DNA of 64,000 bases from an uncultured cyanobacterium (lineage in GTDB: Bacteria > Cyanobacteriota > Cyanobacteriia > CAKZMO01): positions 544,001 to 608,000 of the forward strand of contig CAVRCJ010000003.1 of NCBI GenBank assembly GCA_963719515.1, given 5' to 3'. Positions 1 to 11,682 of this stretch are shown here, one piece after another; position 1 is the first letter of the stretch, and each line of letters begins with the position of its first letter. A model generated the notes under the pieces. It had not been told where the DNA came from and did not search any database. It saw only the letters and a program-made list of their open reading frames with translations. Position numbers and translations under genes: made by a program.

Positions 1-581
1 ACGGACCGACTCACCAGCCGGTGGAAACTATCGCCTCGCTGCGGGTTATTCCTAACCTGACGGTAATTCGTCCAGCAGACGGCAATGAGGTGTCAGGGGC
101 CTACAAGATTGCGGTGGAAAACCGCAAGGCTCCTACGCTGATCGCCTTCACCCGCCAGAATCTCCCCAACTACGACGAGACCTCTATCGAGGGCGTCTCC
201 AAGGGGGCCTACGTGATCTCCTGTGACGGCGTCCCCGACATCATTCTCGTTGGCACCGGAAGCGAGCTATCTCTCTGCGTCGAGGCGGCCAAGCAGCTGC
301 GCGAAGGCGGTACTAAAGTGCGGGTGGTGTCGATGCCCTCTTGGGAGCTGTTCGACGCTCAAGACGAAGACTACCGAGAGTCAGTGTTGCCTAAAGCTAT
401 CACTAAGCGCCTTTCCGTTGAGGCGGGCTCTACGTTTGGCTGGTGCCGTTATGTCGGCTCCGAGGGTGCATCCATCGGTATCGATAATTTCGGAGCCTCT
501 GCCCCCGGAAACATCTGCATGGAGCGATTTGGCTTTACCGTAGAGAAGGTGCTGGATAAGGCAAAAGCGCTGCTGGGATAG
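1..581 (+). CDS. tkt: Transketolase, C-terminal part (5' end outside window)
   Basis: Frame reads DGPTHQPVE...RPADGNE...TRQNLP...GTGSE...RVVSMPS...FGASAPG, the transketolase pyrimidine-binding and C-terminal domains. Confidence 0.95.
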   Translation, partial: GPTHQPVETIASLRVIPNLTVIRPADGNEVSGAYKIAVENRKAPTLIAFTRQNLPNYDETSIEGVSKGAYVISCDGVPDIILVGTGSELSLCVEAAKQLREGGTKVRVVSMPSWELFDAQDEDYRESVLPKAITKRLSVEAGSTFGWCRYVGSEGASIGIDNFGASAPGNICMERFGFTVEKVLDKAKALLG

Positions 582-606
582 GGACACCTGCGATCGCTCT
601 AGGCAA

Positions 607-646
607 GGGTCTATAGGGGTGTGGCATGCTGTGTCCTTATAGACCC
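607..646. terminator. Hairpin between convergent tkt and ctpA (probable terminator)
   Basis: GGGTCTATAGGG...CCTTATAGACCC inverted repeat. Confidence 0.55.
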
Positions 647-659
647 AGCCGCCGTGCCC

Positions 660-1919
660 CTACGCGGCGTCAGCCAGTATCTCATCTTGCCCATTTTGAA
701 CACCGCTCTGAGCAATCTCGCCCTTCAGAAACTCGACGGCCGCCTGGTACTGTGGGTCTGTCGCTGTTGCGAGGTCAGCGCGGGTCAGGGGTGGCGTAGA
801 GACAATGCGGTCGGGGAGTATACCCTGTTTATTGATGTCGGTGTGGTTAGGGGTTTCGTAGCGGGCTACCGTGACGGCCAGCCCTGACCCATCTGACAGC
901 CGGAACAGCGATTGAATCAGTCCCTTGCCAAACGTGCGCTCGCCTACGAGCTGCGCCCGGCCGTTATCCTGCAGGGCCCCAGACAGGATTTCGCTAGCGC
1001 TCGCGGTGCCGCCATTGACTAAAATTGCTAACGGATTTGACGTTCGGGCCGCCCCCACTGCGTCAATGCGGTCCTGGATGCCGTAGCGGTTGACGGTGTA
1101 CACTACCGTTCCCTTGTCTAACCAAAGCCGGGCAATTTCAATCCCTGCCTGCAGCAGCCCGCCGGGATTGTTGCGCAGGTCTAGGACATAGCCCTCAGCC
1201 CCAGAGGCTTCTAGAGAATCGATCGCCTGTCCGAGCTCGTTGGTGGCGTTGGCGTTAAACTGGTTCAGGCGGATGTAGCCCACGGGAAACGGCCCGTCGG
1301 TGCGTAGATCGGCGTAGACCGGATTGAGGGCGATGCGATCGCGCACGATGGGAAAATCGGTGGGAACTGAGTCACGGTCTATTGTGAGGGTTACCGTCGT
1401 TCCCGGCAGGCCCCGCATCAGCTTGGCGGCCTCGTCTAGGGCAATGCCCTTTGTGGAAACGCCGTCGATGCCGAGGATATGGTCCTGCGCCTGAATGCCT
1501 GCTTCATCTGCGGGTGAGCCCTCCACTGGGGAGATTACTTTGAGGTAGCCTGCCTCATCCTGGCTAATTTGCAGCCCCACACCGGTCAATTCTCCCGACG
1601 TGCTGGTCTGCAGACTTTGATACTGATCGGGATCCAAAAATCGCGTGAACGGATCCCCTAATCCTGACAGCATCTCCCTCACAGCGGCGTAAGAGGCCTC
1701 CTGGTCCGGCACGTCCTGACGGAGCGCCCGCTGCCGCACAAGCCACCAGTTCTGACCATTGAAGCTGTCGTCTACGTAAGACCTGTCGACGATACGCCAC
1801 ACCTCATTCAGCAACCGGTGCCCCTCGGAATAGGCGATCGCGGGCTCTATCCAAAAGCTACCTACGGCAGTCGCCAGGAGTAAGCACGCAAGTAACGTGG
1901 AGATAAGCGAGTTTTTCAT
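660..1919 (-). CDS. ctpA: Carboxyl-terminal processing protease (S41A), D1-processing type
   Basis: Signal peptide, PDZ domain, DLRNNPGG, TASASEI and TFGKG motifs; divergent from petB as is common in cyanobacteria. Confidence 0.88.
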   Translation of the reverse strand: MKNSLISTLLACLLLATAVGSFWIEPAIAYSEGHRLLNEVWRIVDRSYVDDSFNGQNWWLVRQRALRQDVPDQEASYAAVREMLSGLGDPFTRFLDPDQYQSLQTSTSGELTGVGLQISQDEAGYLKVISPVEGSPADEAGIQAQDHILGIDGVSTKGIALDEAAKLMRGLPGTTVTLTIDRDSVPTDFPIVRDRIALNPVYADLRTDGPFPVGYIRLNQFNANATNELGQAIDSLEASGAEGYVLDLRNNPGGLLQAGIEIARLWLDKGTVVYTVNRYGIQDRIDAVGAARTSNPLAILVNGGTASASEILSGALQDNGRAQLVGERTFGKGLIQSLFRLSDGSGLAVTVARYETPNHTDINKQGILPDRIVSTPPLTRADLATATDPQYQAAVEFLKGEIAQSGVQNGQDEILADAA

Positions 1920-2265
1920 AAGTTAAATAGGTGAGGTTGCGCCAAAGGTGAGTCAGCGAGGCACATCTCTCAGCTTAAAGCGAAGATGGACAAAAGCTTA
2001 AGCTTTGTTAAAGGCTTTGTTAGCGTCGTCAGGCTTTGATACAGGGCGCTGCGGGGACTGCTTCAGGCAAATAAGCACTATGCTAGAGCCATTATACAGT
2101 CGGCGTTTGACCCGCCGCGAAGTCCGACGAACTGCCCCACAGAAAGCTGAGATGGTTTGTAACATTGCGTTAGCTGAGGCTCGATTTATCTGAGCAACGT
2201 GTTACATTTTTTAGTATGAGGTCGTGACAATCGCCCTTCACTCTACTTAAAAATTATTTTGCTCA

Positions 2266-2934
2266 ATGTTTACTAAGCAAGTCACCGATTCAAAACCCTT
2301 CCAGTGGTTCGAGGAGCGGCTAGAGATCCAGGCGATCGCTGATGATATTTCATCTAAGTACGTCCCTCCCCACGTCAACATCTTCTACTGCTTAGGTGGC
2401 ATTACGCTAGTTTGCTTCCTAATTCAGTTTGCTACTGGCTTTCTGATGACGTTTTATTATAGGCCGACGGTTGCTGAAGCCTTTACGTCTGTTCAGTATC
2501 TGATGACCGACGTCAACTTTGGTTGGCTGATTCGCTCGATTCATCGCTGGTCTGCCAGTATGATGGTGTTGGTAATGCTTTTGCACACGTTCCGTGTCTA
2601 CCTGACGGGAGGCTTCAAAAAGCCCCGTGAGCTGACCTGGATTACCGGCGTCGTCTTAGCCGTGATTACCGTCACCTTTGGCGTTACCGGTTATTCTTTG
2701 CCTTGGGACCAGGTAGGTTACTGGGCCGTGAAGATTGTCTCCGGCGTTCCCGATGCAATTCCCGTTGTTGGGGGATTCATCGTCGAGCTGATGCGGGGTG
2801 GTGAGAGCGTGGGTCAAGCGACGCTGACGCGCTTCTATACGCTGCACACCTTCGTACTGCCCTGGGCGATCGCAGTCTTTATGCTGCTTCACTTCCTGAT
2901 GATCCGGAAGCAGGGTATTTCCGGTCCCTTGTAA
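2266..2934 (+). CDS. petB: Cytochrome b6
   Basis: [37 protein letters not shown]; 222 aa. Confidence 0.99.
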   Translation: MFTKQVTDSKPFQWFEERLEIQAIADDISSKYVPPHVNIFYCLGGITLVCFLIQFATGFLMTFYYRPTVAEAFTSVQYLMTDVNFGWLIRSIHRWSASMMVLVMLLHTFRVYLTGGFKKPRELTWITGVVLAVITVTFGVTGYSLPWDQVGYWAVKIVSGVPDAIPVVGGFIVELMRGGESVGQATLTRFYTLHTFVLPWAIAVFMLLHFLMIRKQGISGPL

Positions 2935-2964
2935 ACCCTTACCTTTGGAGAATTGCACCACGCT

Positions 2965-3447
2965 ATGGCAACTTTGAAAAAGCCGGATCTAAGCGATCCA
3001 CAACTGAGAGAGAAGCTCAAGCAGGGCATGGGCCACAACTACTATGGCGAGCCCGCCTGGCCCAATGACTTGCTCTACACGTTCCCTATCGTCATCTTTG
3101 GAACCATTGCCTGCTGCACCGCGCTTGCGGTTTTGGATCCGGCAATGGTGGGCGAGCCCGCTAACCCGTTTGCCACTCCTCTAGAGATTCTGCCTGAGTG
3201 GTATCTGTATCCCACCTTCCAGATTCTGCGCATCGTCCCCAACAAGCTGCTGGGGATTGGGGCAATGGCTGCTATTCCTTTGGGCATGATGCTGGTGCCT
3301 TTCATTGAAAGCGTCAACAAGTTTCAGAACCCGTTCCGCCGTCCGCTAGCAACTACGGTATTCATGTTTGGAACCATAGTCACGCTATGGCTCGGTATCG
3401 GCGCAACGTTCCCCATCGACGAATCTTTGACTCTCGGCTTGTTCTAG
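2965..3447 (+). CDS. petD: Cytochrome b6/f subunit IV
   Basis: ATG at 2965 gives MATLKKPDL..., [18 protein letters not shown] motif. Confidence 0.99.
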   Translation: MATLKKPDLSDPQLREKLKQGMGHNYYGEPAWPNDLLYTFPIVIFGTIACCTALAVLDPAMVGEPANPFATPLEILPEWYLYPTFQILRIVPNKLLGIGAMAAIPLGMMLVPFIESVNKFQNPFRRPLATTVFMFGTIVTLWLGIGATFPIDESLTLGLF

Positions 3448-3504
3448 TACTGCTGGGCGACAGCTCTACTAGGTCGGCATAGCTTAGACCACTGAGAACG
3501 TAAG

Positions 3505-3547
3505 AAGAATCCCTTTCGAGCATTTTGCCTGAGAGGGATTCTTTTTG
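3505..3547 (+). terminator. Rho-independent terminator after petD
   Basis: AAGAATCCCTTTC...GAGAGGGATTCTT stem followed by a T run. Confidence 0.7.
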
Positions 3548-3673
3548 CGTTTTCGCTGTATTTATGGCTTTAGGCCATACCGATATCCGGACGTCACGCT
3601 CATAATGGGCAGAGAACCCACCTTGATGAAGCCCAAGCAAAAGCGCTACTGTGAAAATACCGGCACGTAGGGA

Positions 3674-4063
3674 GTGACGCTCGTGAACCAAGATTTTAGA
3701 GGTCTGAGGATCAATGGGCTGCCAAAGATCAGCAATTTATTGGTCTTAATAGGCGTAATTTGGCTGTTGGGCTTGGTGGGTTTGGGATGGCTCGTCAAGT
3801 CGGTGGTTATCTTAGTTGGGCTGTTGCTGATTACGCCGGTCATCGGGTTCTGGGGACTGCGCTGGTGGCTGAAGCGCAGCTTAGTTGAGTCTCCCTGTCC
3901 GGTGTGCGGTAACGCCTTAGTGGGTCTTAAGAGTCAGGAAGTTCGCTGCCCGAATTGTCAAGAGCTGGTAATGGCAGAAGACAAGCTCTTCCAGCGGTTG
4001 ACGCCGCCCGGCACGGTGGACATCGACGCTGTAGAAGTCAGCGCTCAAGAGATTCGAGACTAG
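3674..4063 (+). CDS. Membrane protein with zinc-ribbon (CxxC...CxxC), cyanobacterial hypothetical; exact start uncertain
   Basis: Two hydrophobic segments, CPVC and CPNC, TPPGTVDIDAVEV tail; hairpin CGCTGACAA-G-TTGTCAGCG right after the stop. Confidence 0.8.
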   Translation: MTLVNQDFRGLRINGLPKISNLLVLIGVIWLLGLVGLGWLVKSVVILVGLLLITPVIGFWGLRWWLKRSLVESPCPVCGNALVGLKSQEVRCPNCQELVMAEDKLFQRLTPPGTVDIDAVEVSAQEIRD

Positions 4064-4250
4064 CGCTGACAAGTTGTCAGCGCGAAAATACTTTTTTTCA
4101 AGATTTTTCTTCACCGCCGTTCGGAATTGCTAACGCTCCGCTTGTGGTTGAGATAGGGGGGAACACCCCTCCCTCGAATTACGTCGCCTATTAGATCGGT
4201 TGTTTTAAGCAACCTCTAGCGTCGTGCATTTACCTACCGGAGCGTGAGTG

Positions 4251-4379
4251 ATGGCTGATAAGTACAAAGTCTGCTTTGTCTGTGAACAGGAAGAGGAAAA
4301 GAAGCCGCCAGAGCCAGAGAAACCACCCGCTTTTCTGGCCTTTGTGTTTGCCGCGCTGGTGATTTTGCTCGTTCTGTAG
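4251..4379 (+). CDS. Putative 42-aa small membrane protein (not in ORF track)
   Basis: GGAG at 4239-4242, ATG 4251; MADKYKVCFVCEQEEEKKPPEPEKPPAFLAFVFAALVILLVL*. Confidence 0.5.
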   Translation: MADKYKVCFVCEQEEEKKPPEPEKPPAFLAFVFAALVILLVL

Positions 4380-4483
4380 ATGATTTAACCTTCTCTTAGC
4401 CTCCAACACCGCTTGATTTGTGGCAATCTGAGGGTAGCGATTTCCAGCGCTTACCCTCACATCGTCATACCTGCGTTTTTGTT

Positions 4484-5704
4484 ATGCAAACGTTGCCTAC
4501 GCCGACCGCATCCACCGAGCCAGCCCTGCGCACTGATACGGTAATCCATCGCCGGCAAACTCGCCCCGTGCGGGTTGGGGATATTACCATCGGCGGTAAT
4601 AACCCGGTGGTTGTCCAATCGATGATCAACGAGGATACCCTCAACATCTCCGGCTCCGTTGCGGCTATTCGGGCGCTGCACGAGGCAGGCTGTGAAATTG
4701 TTCGAGTGACGGTCCCCAGTATGGCCCATGCTAGGGCGGTGGCTGACATCAAGGCAACGCTGCGCTCGACTTATCAAGACGTACCTTTAGTGGCCGACGT
4801 GCACCACAACGGCATGAAGATTGCGCTAGAGGTGGCCAAGCACGTAGACAAGGTGCGCATCAATCCCGGTCTCTATGTCTTTGAGAAGCCTAAGAGCGAT
4901 CGCGATGAGTTCACTCAAAGCGAGTTCGACGATATTGGCGATCGCATCCGTGACACCCTAGAGCCTCTGGTGCGCTCCCTGAAAGCGCAGGACAAAGCCA
5001 TGCGCATCGGCGTCAACCATGGCTCCCTATCCGAGCGGATGCTGTTTACCTACGGCGACACGCCAGAGGGCATGGTGCAGTCGGCTGTTGAGTTTATCCA
5101 GATTTGCGAGTCTTTGGACTATCAAAATCTCGTTATTTCCCTCAAAGCCTCCCGAGTACCGGTAATGCTGGCGGCCTACCGCCTCATGGTGCAGCGGATG
5201 AATGGGCTAGGAATGGCCTATCCGCTCCACCTCGGCGTCACGGAGGCGGGAGACGGGGAGTACGGACGCATCAAGTCTACCGCCGGGATTGGCACCCTGC
5301 TAGCCCAGGGTATCGGCGATACGATTCGCGTTTCCCTCACGGAAAATCCCATCAAAGAAATTCCGGTCTGCTACAGCATTTTGCAGGCCTTAGGGCTGCG
5401 CAAGACTATGGTAGAGTACGTCGCCTGCCCCTCTTGCGGGCGGACGCTCTTTAACCTGGAAGAGGTGCTCCACAAAGTTCGCTCCGCCACCGACCACCTG
5501 ACGGGACTTGACATCGCCGTGATGGGCTGCATCGTCAACGGACCTGGGGAGATGGCTGACGCGGACTACGGCTACGTGGGGAAACAGCCCGGCTTCATCT
5601 CTCTATATCGGGGGCGAGACGAAATCAAGAAGGTGCCCGAGAGCGATGGCGTTGCTGAACTCATCAATCTAATTAAGGCGGACGGACGCTGGGTTGACCC
5701 GTAG
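4484..5704 (+). CDS. ispG: (E)-4-hydroxy-3-methylbut-2-enyl-diphosphate synthase
   Basis: [44 protein letters not shown]; start taken at ATG 4484. Confidence 0.97.
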   Translation: MQTLPTPTASTEPALRTDTVIHRRQTRPVRVGDITIGGNNPVVVQSMINEDTLNISGSVAAIRALHEAGCEIVRVTVPSMAHARAVADIKATLRSTYQDVPLVADVHHNGMKIALEVAKHVDKVRINPGLYVFEKPKSDRDEFTQSEFDDIGDRIRDTLEPLVRSLKAQDKAMRIGVNHGSLSERMLFTYGDTPEGMVQSAVEFIQICESLDYQNLVISLKASRVPVMLAAYRLMVQRMNGLGMAYPLHLGVTEAGDGEYGRIKSTAGIGTLLAQGIGDTIRVSLTENPIKEIPVCYSILQALGLRKTMVEYVACPSCGRTLFNLEEVLHKVRSATDHLTGLDIAVMGCIVNGPGEMADADYGYVGKQPGFISLYRGRDEIKKVPESDGVAELINLIKADGRWVDP

Positions 5705-5818
5705 GGTGTTGAAGTGCTGCGCCGTTACCCGCTTCTAGGGGTGACTTTGCTTCTTCGCTCCAACTCCCATGTGCTAGTGTGGGAGTACTCTCACACCCTC
5801 CAGCCTCATACTCATCCT

Positions 5819-7102
5819 ATGACTTTGATCAAGCGTGGACTTGTCTTGGGTTCAACTGTTCTTGCTGTAGCAGCAGTAGCGACAGTGTCGGTTAATCTTT
5901 ATCCCAAAACACAGGCTTTTCTTCAAGACAGTCCAAAGGACGTCGTAGATGAAGTTTGGCAGCTGGTCGATCGCACCTACGTAGATGCGACGTTTAACCA
6001 AACGGACTGGCAAGCGATTCGGTCAGATTACCTCGACCGCAGCTATACGGACAGCGAATCTGCCTACATCGCGATTCGCGAGATGCTCGATACTCTGGGC
6101 GATCCCTATACGCGCTTCATGGATCCTCAAGAGTTTCGCAATATGCAGATCGACACCTCTGGTGAGCTGACCGGCATCGGCATCCAGATTACCCAGGATG
6201 AAGAGACCAACAAGCTGACGGTGGTCGCTCCCATAGAAGATACCCCGGCGTTCGAGGCCGGCATCGTTTCTGGAGACATTATCACTCGCATTGATGACAC
6301 CGACACCACGGGAATGGATATCAGCGACGCCGTCAACCTGATTCGTGGTCCCGTCAACTCTGAGGTCAAGCTCACTATCCTTCGAGAGGAGCAAGAGCTT
6401 GTCGTTCCTATCACTCGCGCCCGAATCGAGATTCACCCCGTGCGCTACGAATCTCGAGTCGAAGAGGGCGTAGGCAAGATCGGCTACATCAGGCTGACGC
6501 AGTTTAGCGCTAACGCCGCCGATGAGATGCGCGACGCAATTCGGGCCTTGGAGCAAGAGAGCGTAGGCTCCTATATTCTAGACTTACGCTCCAATCCTGG
6601 CGGTTTGCTGTACTCCAGCATCGATATTGCCCGCATGTGGCTAGAAGAGGGCGTGATTGTCTCAACGGTCAATCGGCAGGGCCTAACAGACCGCCAAGAG
6701 GCTATTGGAGATGCGCTGACCGACAAGCCTCTGGTTATCTTGGTAGATGGCGGCTCGGCAAGCGCCAGCGAGATTCTCTCGGGAGCGCTCCAGGATAACG
6801 ATCGGGCTGATTTGGTGGGAACTCAGACGTTTGGTAAAGGACTGGTCCAGTCGGTGCGCCCCCTAGGAGATGGGTCTGGTCTAGCGATTACTGTCGCCAA
6901 ATATCTGACGCCTAGCGGAGTTGACATTAACGAGGCCGGTATTGCCCCCGACATCGTCGTCGAGCTCACCGAAGACGAGCGCGAGCAGCTTCGCGGCGAT
7001 CGCACGCTCATCGGCACCTCAGGTGACCCCCAGTACGTACAGGCTATCGACCTGCTCACCCAGCCCAGCCCTAACACTGCCGCAGTCCCAGTTCCGCAAT
7101 AG
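5819..7102 (+). CDS. Second S41A carboxyl-terminal protease (CtpB/CtpC type)
   Basis: ATG 5819, N-terminal hydrophobic anchor, PDZ, DLRSNPGG, SASASEI, TFGKG. Confidence 0.9.
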   Translation: MTLIKRGLVLGSTVLAVAAVATVSVNLYPKTQAFLQDSPKDVVDEVWQLVDRTYVDATFNQTDWQAIRSDYLDRSYTDSESAYIAIREMLDTLGDPYTRFMDPQEFRNMQIDTSGELTGIGIQITQDEETNKLTVVAPIEDTPAFEAGIVSGDIITRIDDTDTTGMDISDAVNLIRGPVNSEVKLTILREEQELVVPITRARIEIHPVRYESRVEEGVGKIGYIRLTQFSANAADEMRDAIRALEQESVGSYILDLRSNPGGLLYSSIDIARMWLEEGVIVSTVNRQGLTDRQEAIGDALTDKPLVILVDGGSASASEILSGALQDNDRADLVGTQTFGKGLVQSVRPLGDGSGLAITVAKYLTPSGVDINEAGIAPDIVVELTEDEREQLRGDRTLIGTSGDPQYVQAIDLLTQPSPNTAAVPVPQ

Positions 7103-7106
7103 CCGC

Positions 7107-7544
7107 ATGTCCTCACTACGTCGCTCTCTTCCAGTTTTTTGCACAGGGTTGTGTCTGGCGGGTCTAGTCAGCTGCAGTAGCGGAAAAGTAGACCAGTGTA
7201 ATCAGCTTATCGGGGTTGCTAACCAAGCGGTAACCGATGTTGAGTCCGTGACCAACGACTCAGCCCCCAGAGACACCAACACGTTTTCGGCTATCACAGA
7301 CGCGGCTCAGCAGGCAGCCGCTCAGCTAGAGGCTATCGATCTCACCGACGAGCAGCTCCAAAGCTACCGGCAGCGGTTCATCAAGCTCTACAGCGAAACA
7401 GGAAAAGCAACCGAGCAGCTTGTTGCTGCAGTCGAGGAGCAGAATCTACCGGCAGCAGAGGAAGCCTACAACGACTTAGAATCTGCAACTAACCAAGAAC
7501 AGCCTCTGGTCGAAGAGATCAATCAGTACTGTCAGTCGTCCTGA
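7107..7544 (+). CDS. Putative lipoprotein, helical bundle
   Basis: ATG 7107; MSSLRRSLPVFCTGLCLAGLVSC ends in a lipobox-like LVSC. Confidence 0.7.
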   Translation: MSSLRRSLPVFCTGLCLAGLVSCSSGKVDQCNQLIGVANQAVTDVESVTNDSAPRDTNTFSAITDAAQQAAAQLEAIDLTDEQLQSYRQRFIKLYSETGKATEQLVAAVEEQNLPAAEEAYNDLESATNQEQPLVEEINQYCQSS

Positions 7545-7620
7545 CGCTAGCCCAAGTTTGACTACTTGACCTTAACGCCTTGGCAGTCTGGCCCCAGCAG
7601 CCTATAGCGATTCGCAATCA

Positions 7621-8706
<1,086 letters not shown>

Positions 8707-9036
8707 TTAGACCAGCTTGGATTATCTGAGGTAACTTTCTGAAGAAAATCACTACATTTCGGCGGTATCTTGAGCGTTATTCGAAGATTAACTTTCAGAT
8801 GTACGCCAATTATAGTTTTAATTTTGACGAATTATAATTACGGGTCAGAATTGACGTTGCGGCTCGGGTCTTTTTTTTGACAGACTTATCCTAGCTGTAG
8901 GATATGACCTGACTTTTTGACTATAGAGACCGAGACCAATTTCTGGGTCTAGCCATTGAGCCCAGATATTGAGCCCAGACTTCAGGATCTAACGCAGCAT
9001 ATTCGATGCAATGACCCTCACCAACCAAAACTAGAG

Positions 9037-9339
9037 ATGCTTTCTGAAACCTACTATATGCTGCGCGCCCGTCAAACTGGCCACTACCTCTCGGCTCGTC
9101 CGAGCTTCTCCGCAGCGGGAGCTGACGAGCCTGGCTACGTGCTGCTGTTTGAAGAGCACGCCGATGCCCTGAGCTATCTCAACGCTCATGCTGCGGATGC
9201 AGCGCCGCGTCTTGCTGTCGAATCTATCGGGTCGCCCCAGCTCAAAGATATTATGGCGCGATGGAACTTTGGAGGTGTTGCACGGGTTAAGGACCCCTTA
9301 GTACCGGAGATTGACTTTATGACGTCGGTCGACGCATAG
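9037..9339 (+). CDS. Conserved cyanobacterial hypothetical protein
   Basis: MLSETYYMLRAR...YVLLFEEHADALSYLNAHA...VKDPLVPEIDF, upstream of leuB. Confidence 0.7.
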   Translation: MLSETYYMLRARQTGHYLSARPSFSAAGADEPGYVLLFEEHADALSYLNAHAADAAPRLAVESIGSPQLKDIMARWNFGGVARVKDPLVPEIDFMTSVDA

Positions 9340-9416
9340 CGATTGCCCTAGCCATCGCTTTAGGGTACGGGTCTTGAGATAAAATACTGGCGCTCTTGTA
9401 TAGTCTCTGGTGATCT

Positions 9417-10490
9417 ATGACCCGCTATCGAATTACACTGCTGCCCGGCGACGGCATTGGTCCCGAAATAATGGCTGTCGCCGTCGATATTTTGAAAGCT
9501 ATCGGCGGGCAGCACGCGCTGGAATTTGAGTTCAAGTCAGTCCCTATTGGGGGCGTTGCCCTTGACGAGACAGGGCATCCCCTGCCTGACGAGACGCTCG
9601 AAGCCTGTCGCCAAAGCGACGCGGTGTTGCTAGCGGCAATTGGAGGCCCGAAGTGGGACGTTTTGCCCAACGATCGCCGCCCTGAGCGAGGGCTTCTGGG
9701 TTTGCGGGCTGGGCTCAGCCTGTTTGCCAACCTGCGCCCGGCTCAAATTCTGCCCCAGCTTATCGATGCTTCTACCTTAAAGCGAGAGGTGGTTGAAGGC
9801 GTGGATATCATGGTGGTGCGTGAGCTGACGGGAGGAATTTACTTCGGCCAACCTAAGGGGATCTTTGAGTCAGAAGGCGGGCAGCGGGGCGTAAATACTA
9901 TGGCCTACAGTACAGCTGAAATTGACCGCATTGGTCGCGTTGCCTTTGAGACCGCCCAAAAGCGCCAGGGGCGACTGTGCTCAGTGGATAAGGCCAACGT
10001 GCTCGAGGTGTCGCAGCTGTGGCGCGATCGCATCACGGCAATGGCCGCAGACTACTCCGACGTCGAGCTAAGCCATCTGTACGTTGATAACGCCGCCATG
10101 CAGCTGGTGCGCGCGCCCAAGCAGTTCGACACCATCGTTACGGGCAACCTATTTGGCGATATCCTCTCCGACGCCGCCGCTATGCTCACGGGCAGCATCG
10201 GCATGCTGCCGTCAGCCAGCCTAGGCTCAAATGGCCCCGGCGTTTTCGAGCCTGTCCACGGGTCTGCTCCAGACATTGCCGGACAAGATAAAGCTAATCC
10301 CATGGCCCAGGTGCTGAGCGCGGCTATGATGCTGCGCTACGGCCTCAATGAGCCCCAGGCGGCGGACCAAATTGAGGCAGCGGTGCAAAAAGTGCTGGAC
10401 CAGGGCGATCGCACAGGAGACATCATGTCGCCGGGGATGAATCTGTTGGGGTGCAAGGCGATGGGAGAGGCGCTGTTGGCGGCGCTATAG
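9417..10490 (+). CDS. leuB: 3-isopropylmalate dehydrogenase
   Basis: [50 protein letters not shown]. Confidence 0.98.
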   Translation: MTRYRITLLPGDGIGPEIMAVAVDILKAIGGQHALEFEFKSVPIGGVALDETGHPLPDETLEACRQSDAVLLAAIGGPKWDVLPNDRRPERGLLGLRAGLSLFANLRPAQILPQLIDASTLKREVVEGVDIMVVRELTGGIYFGQPKGIFESEGGQRGVNTMAYSTAEIDRIGRVAFETAQKRQGRLCSVDKANVLEVSQLWRDRITAMAADYSDVELSHLYVDNAAMQLVRAPKQFDTIVTGNLFGDILSDAAAMLTGSIGMLPSASLGSNGPGVFEPVHGSAPDIAGQDKANPMAQVLSAAMMLRYGLNEPQAADQIEAAVQKVLDQGDRTGDIMSPGMNLLGCKAMGEALLAAL

Positions 10491-10560
10491 CCCCACCAAT
10501 ATGAGTGTGGAAGCAAATTCAGTACACTGGACGTAGATGACCATTGCCCAGTGACACAGT

Positions 10561-11250
10561 ATGCTGTCAGCCACAAATCAGCCGCTCCCTAGCTCTGCTG
10601 AGCTGCCCTGCTCGGACGATATTCCTGTGGATAATGAGGATCAGAATTTACTGCCCAATTTGCTGCTGCTGCTGCTGACCCACCTGTGGTCAGACCGAAT
10701 GGATTGGTACTTTGGCGTCGATATGGGGGTGTATCACACCACTGGGGTCAATCCTCGGGTGCCGGTGGTGCCAGATGCATTTTTGAGCTTGGGGGTGGAG
10801 CGTCAGAAGGGCGGTAAGTCTCGGCGCAGCTATGTGACCTGGGAAGAAAGGGGCATTCCGCCAATTTTTGTGTTGGAGATGGTCTCCCACCAGCCGGGGA
10901 ATGAGTATACAGAGAAGATGGCGCTCTATGCTCGACTAGGAGTGCTGTATTACTTGGTGTACAACTCTGAGTTCTGGAAACGGGACCGACATCAGCCGTT
11001 TGAGGTCTATAAGCTGATGAATGGGGTCTACCAGCTGCAAATTGGGGAGCCGTTTTGGATGCCGGAGGTGGGGCTAGGGGTTGGGCGCTACCAGGGGCAG
11101 GTGGGCGGCCTATCGCGAGAGATGTTGACCTGGTTTGATGCGCAGGGACAGCGGCATTTGGGTGCGGCGGAGCAGGAGCGGCGGCGGGTGGAGCGGCTGG
11201 AGGCGTATTTGAGGGCGCAGGGGGTGGACCCAGATGCGCTGCCAGAGTAA
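10561..11250 (+). CDS. Uma2-family (DUF820) PD-(D/E)XK nuclease-like protein
   Basis: LPCSDDIPVDNEDQN, VPDAFLSLGV, FVLEMVS, YARLGVLYY, LRAQGVDPD tail. Confidence 0.9.
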   Translation: MLSATNQPLPSSAELPCSDDIPVDNEDQNLLPNLLLLLLTHLWSDRMDWYFGVDMGVYHTTGVNPRVPVVPDAFLSLGVERQKGGKSRRSYVTWEERGIPPIFVLEMVSHQPGNEYTEKMALYARLGVLYYLVYNSEFWKRDRHQPFEVYKLMNGVYQLQIGEPFWMPEVGLGVGRYQGQVGGLSREMLTWFDAQGQRHLGAAEQERRRVERLEAYLRAQGVDPDALPE

Positions 11251-11356
11251 GCGATCGCCGTAACCCTAATTATTCCCTGGCAATTGGAGAGCGGAAGGTT
11301 GCCGATTTGATGAGACTGGACGTACCGTATAGCTATGCCAGAGAAAATTAGGGCTG

Positions 11357-11482
11357 ATGGCGAATCCCCAAGCACGTTCCGGCTCCTGTCCATTTATTGC
11401 CGGTCCCCGAATTGAAGAGCCAGCCCGGTTTGTGGGCCGCAAGGATGAATTGCGGCTTTTAGTCAGCAGCCGACAGCGCTGA
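11357..11482 (+). pseudogene. N-terminal remnant of a STAND/AAA-type ATPase gene
   Basis: MANPQARSGSCPFIAGPRIEEPARFVGRKDELRLL then stop; PF...FVGR..EL is the usual pre-Walker-A segment, but no Walker A follows. Confidence 0.55.
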
Positions 11483-11682
11483 TAGGCGATCGCTCAAACG
11501 ACTGGTACAGGAGCGAGAGATTTTGCAGCGGACGGAGACCGGGTTTGGTTTCCAGGTGCCGCTGTTTGAACTGTATGTGCGATCGTGCTATGACTTTGAC
11601 GATATCCCACCGACATAGAGAACACTGTGGCAACAAGGCTAGTGCTATAGCGACCACCGCCGCCCGACATCACACAGACCCA

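Noticed and set aside
4230..4460. Minus-strand 76-aa ORF ending SRSGR as a PatS/PatX-like HetR inhibitor
   Set aside because: The motif is not RGSGR/RGTGR, there is no N-terminal signal, and it overlaps a more plausible plus-strand peptide
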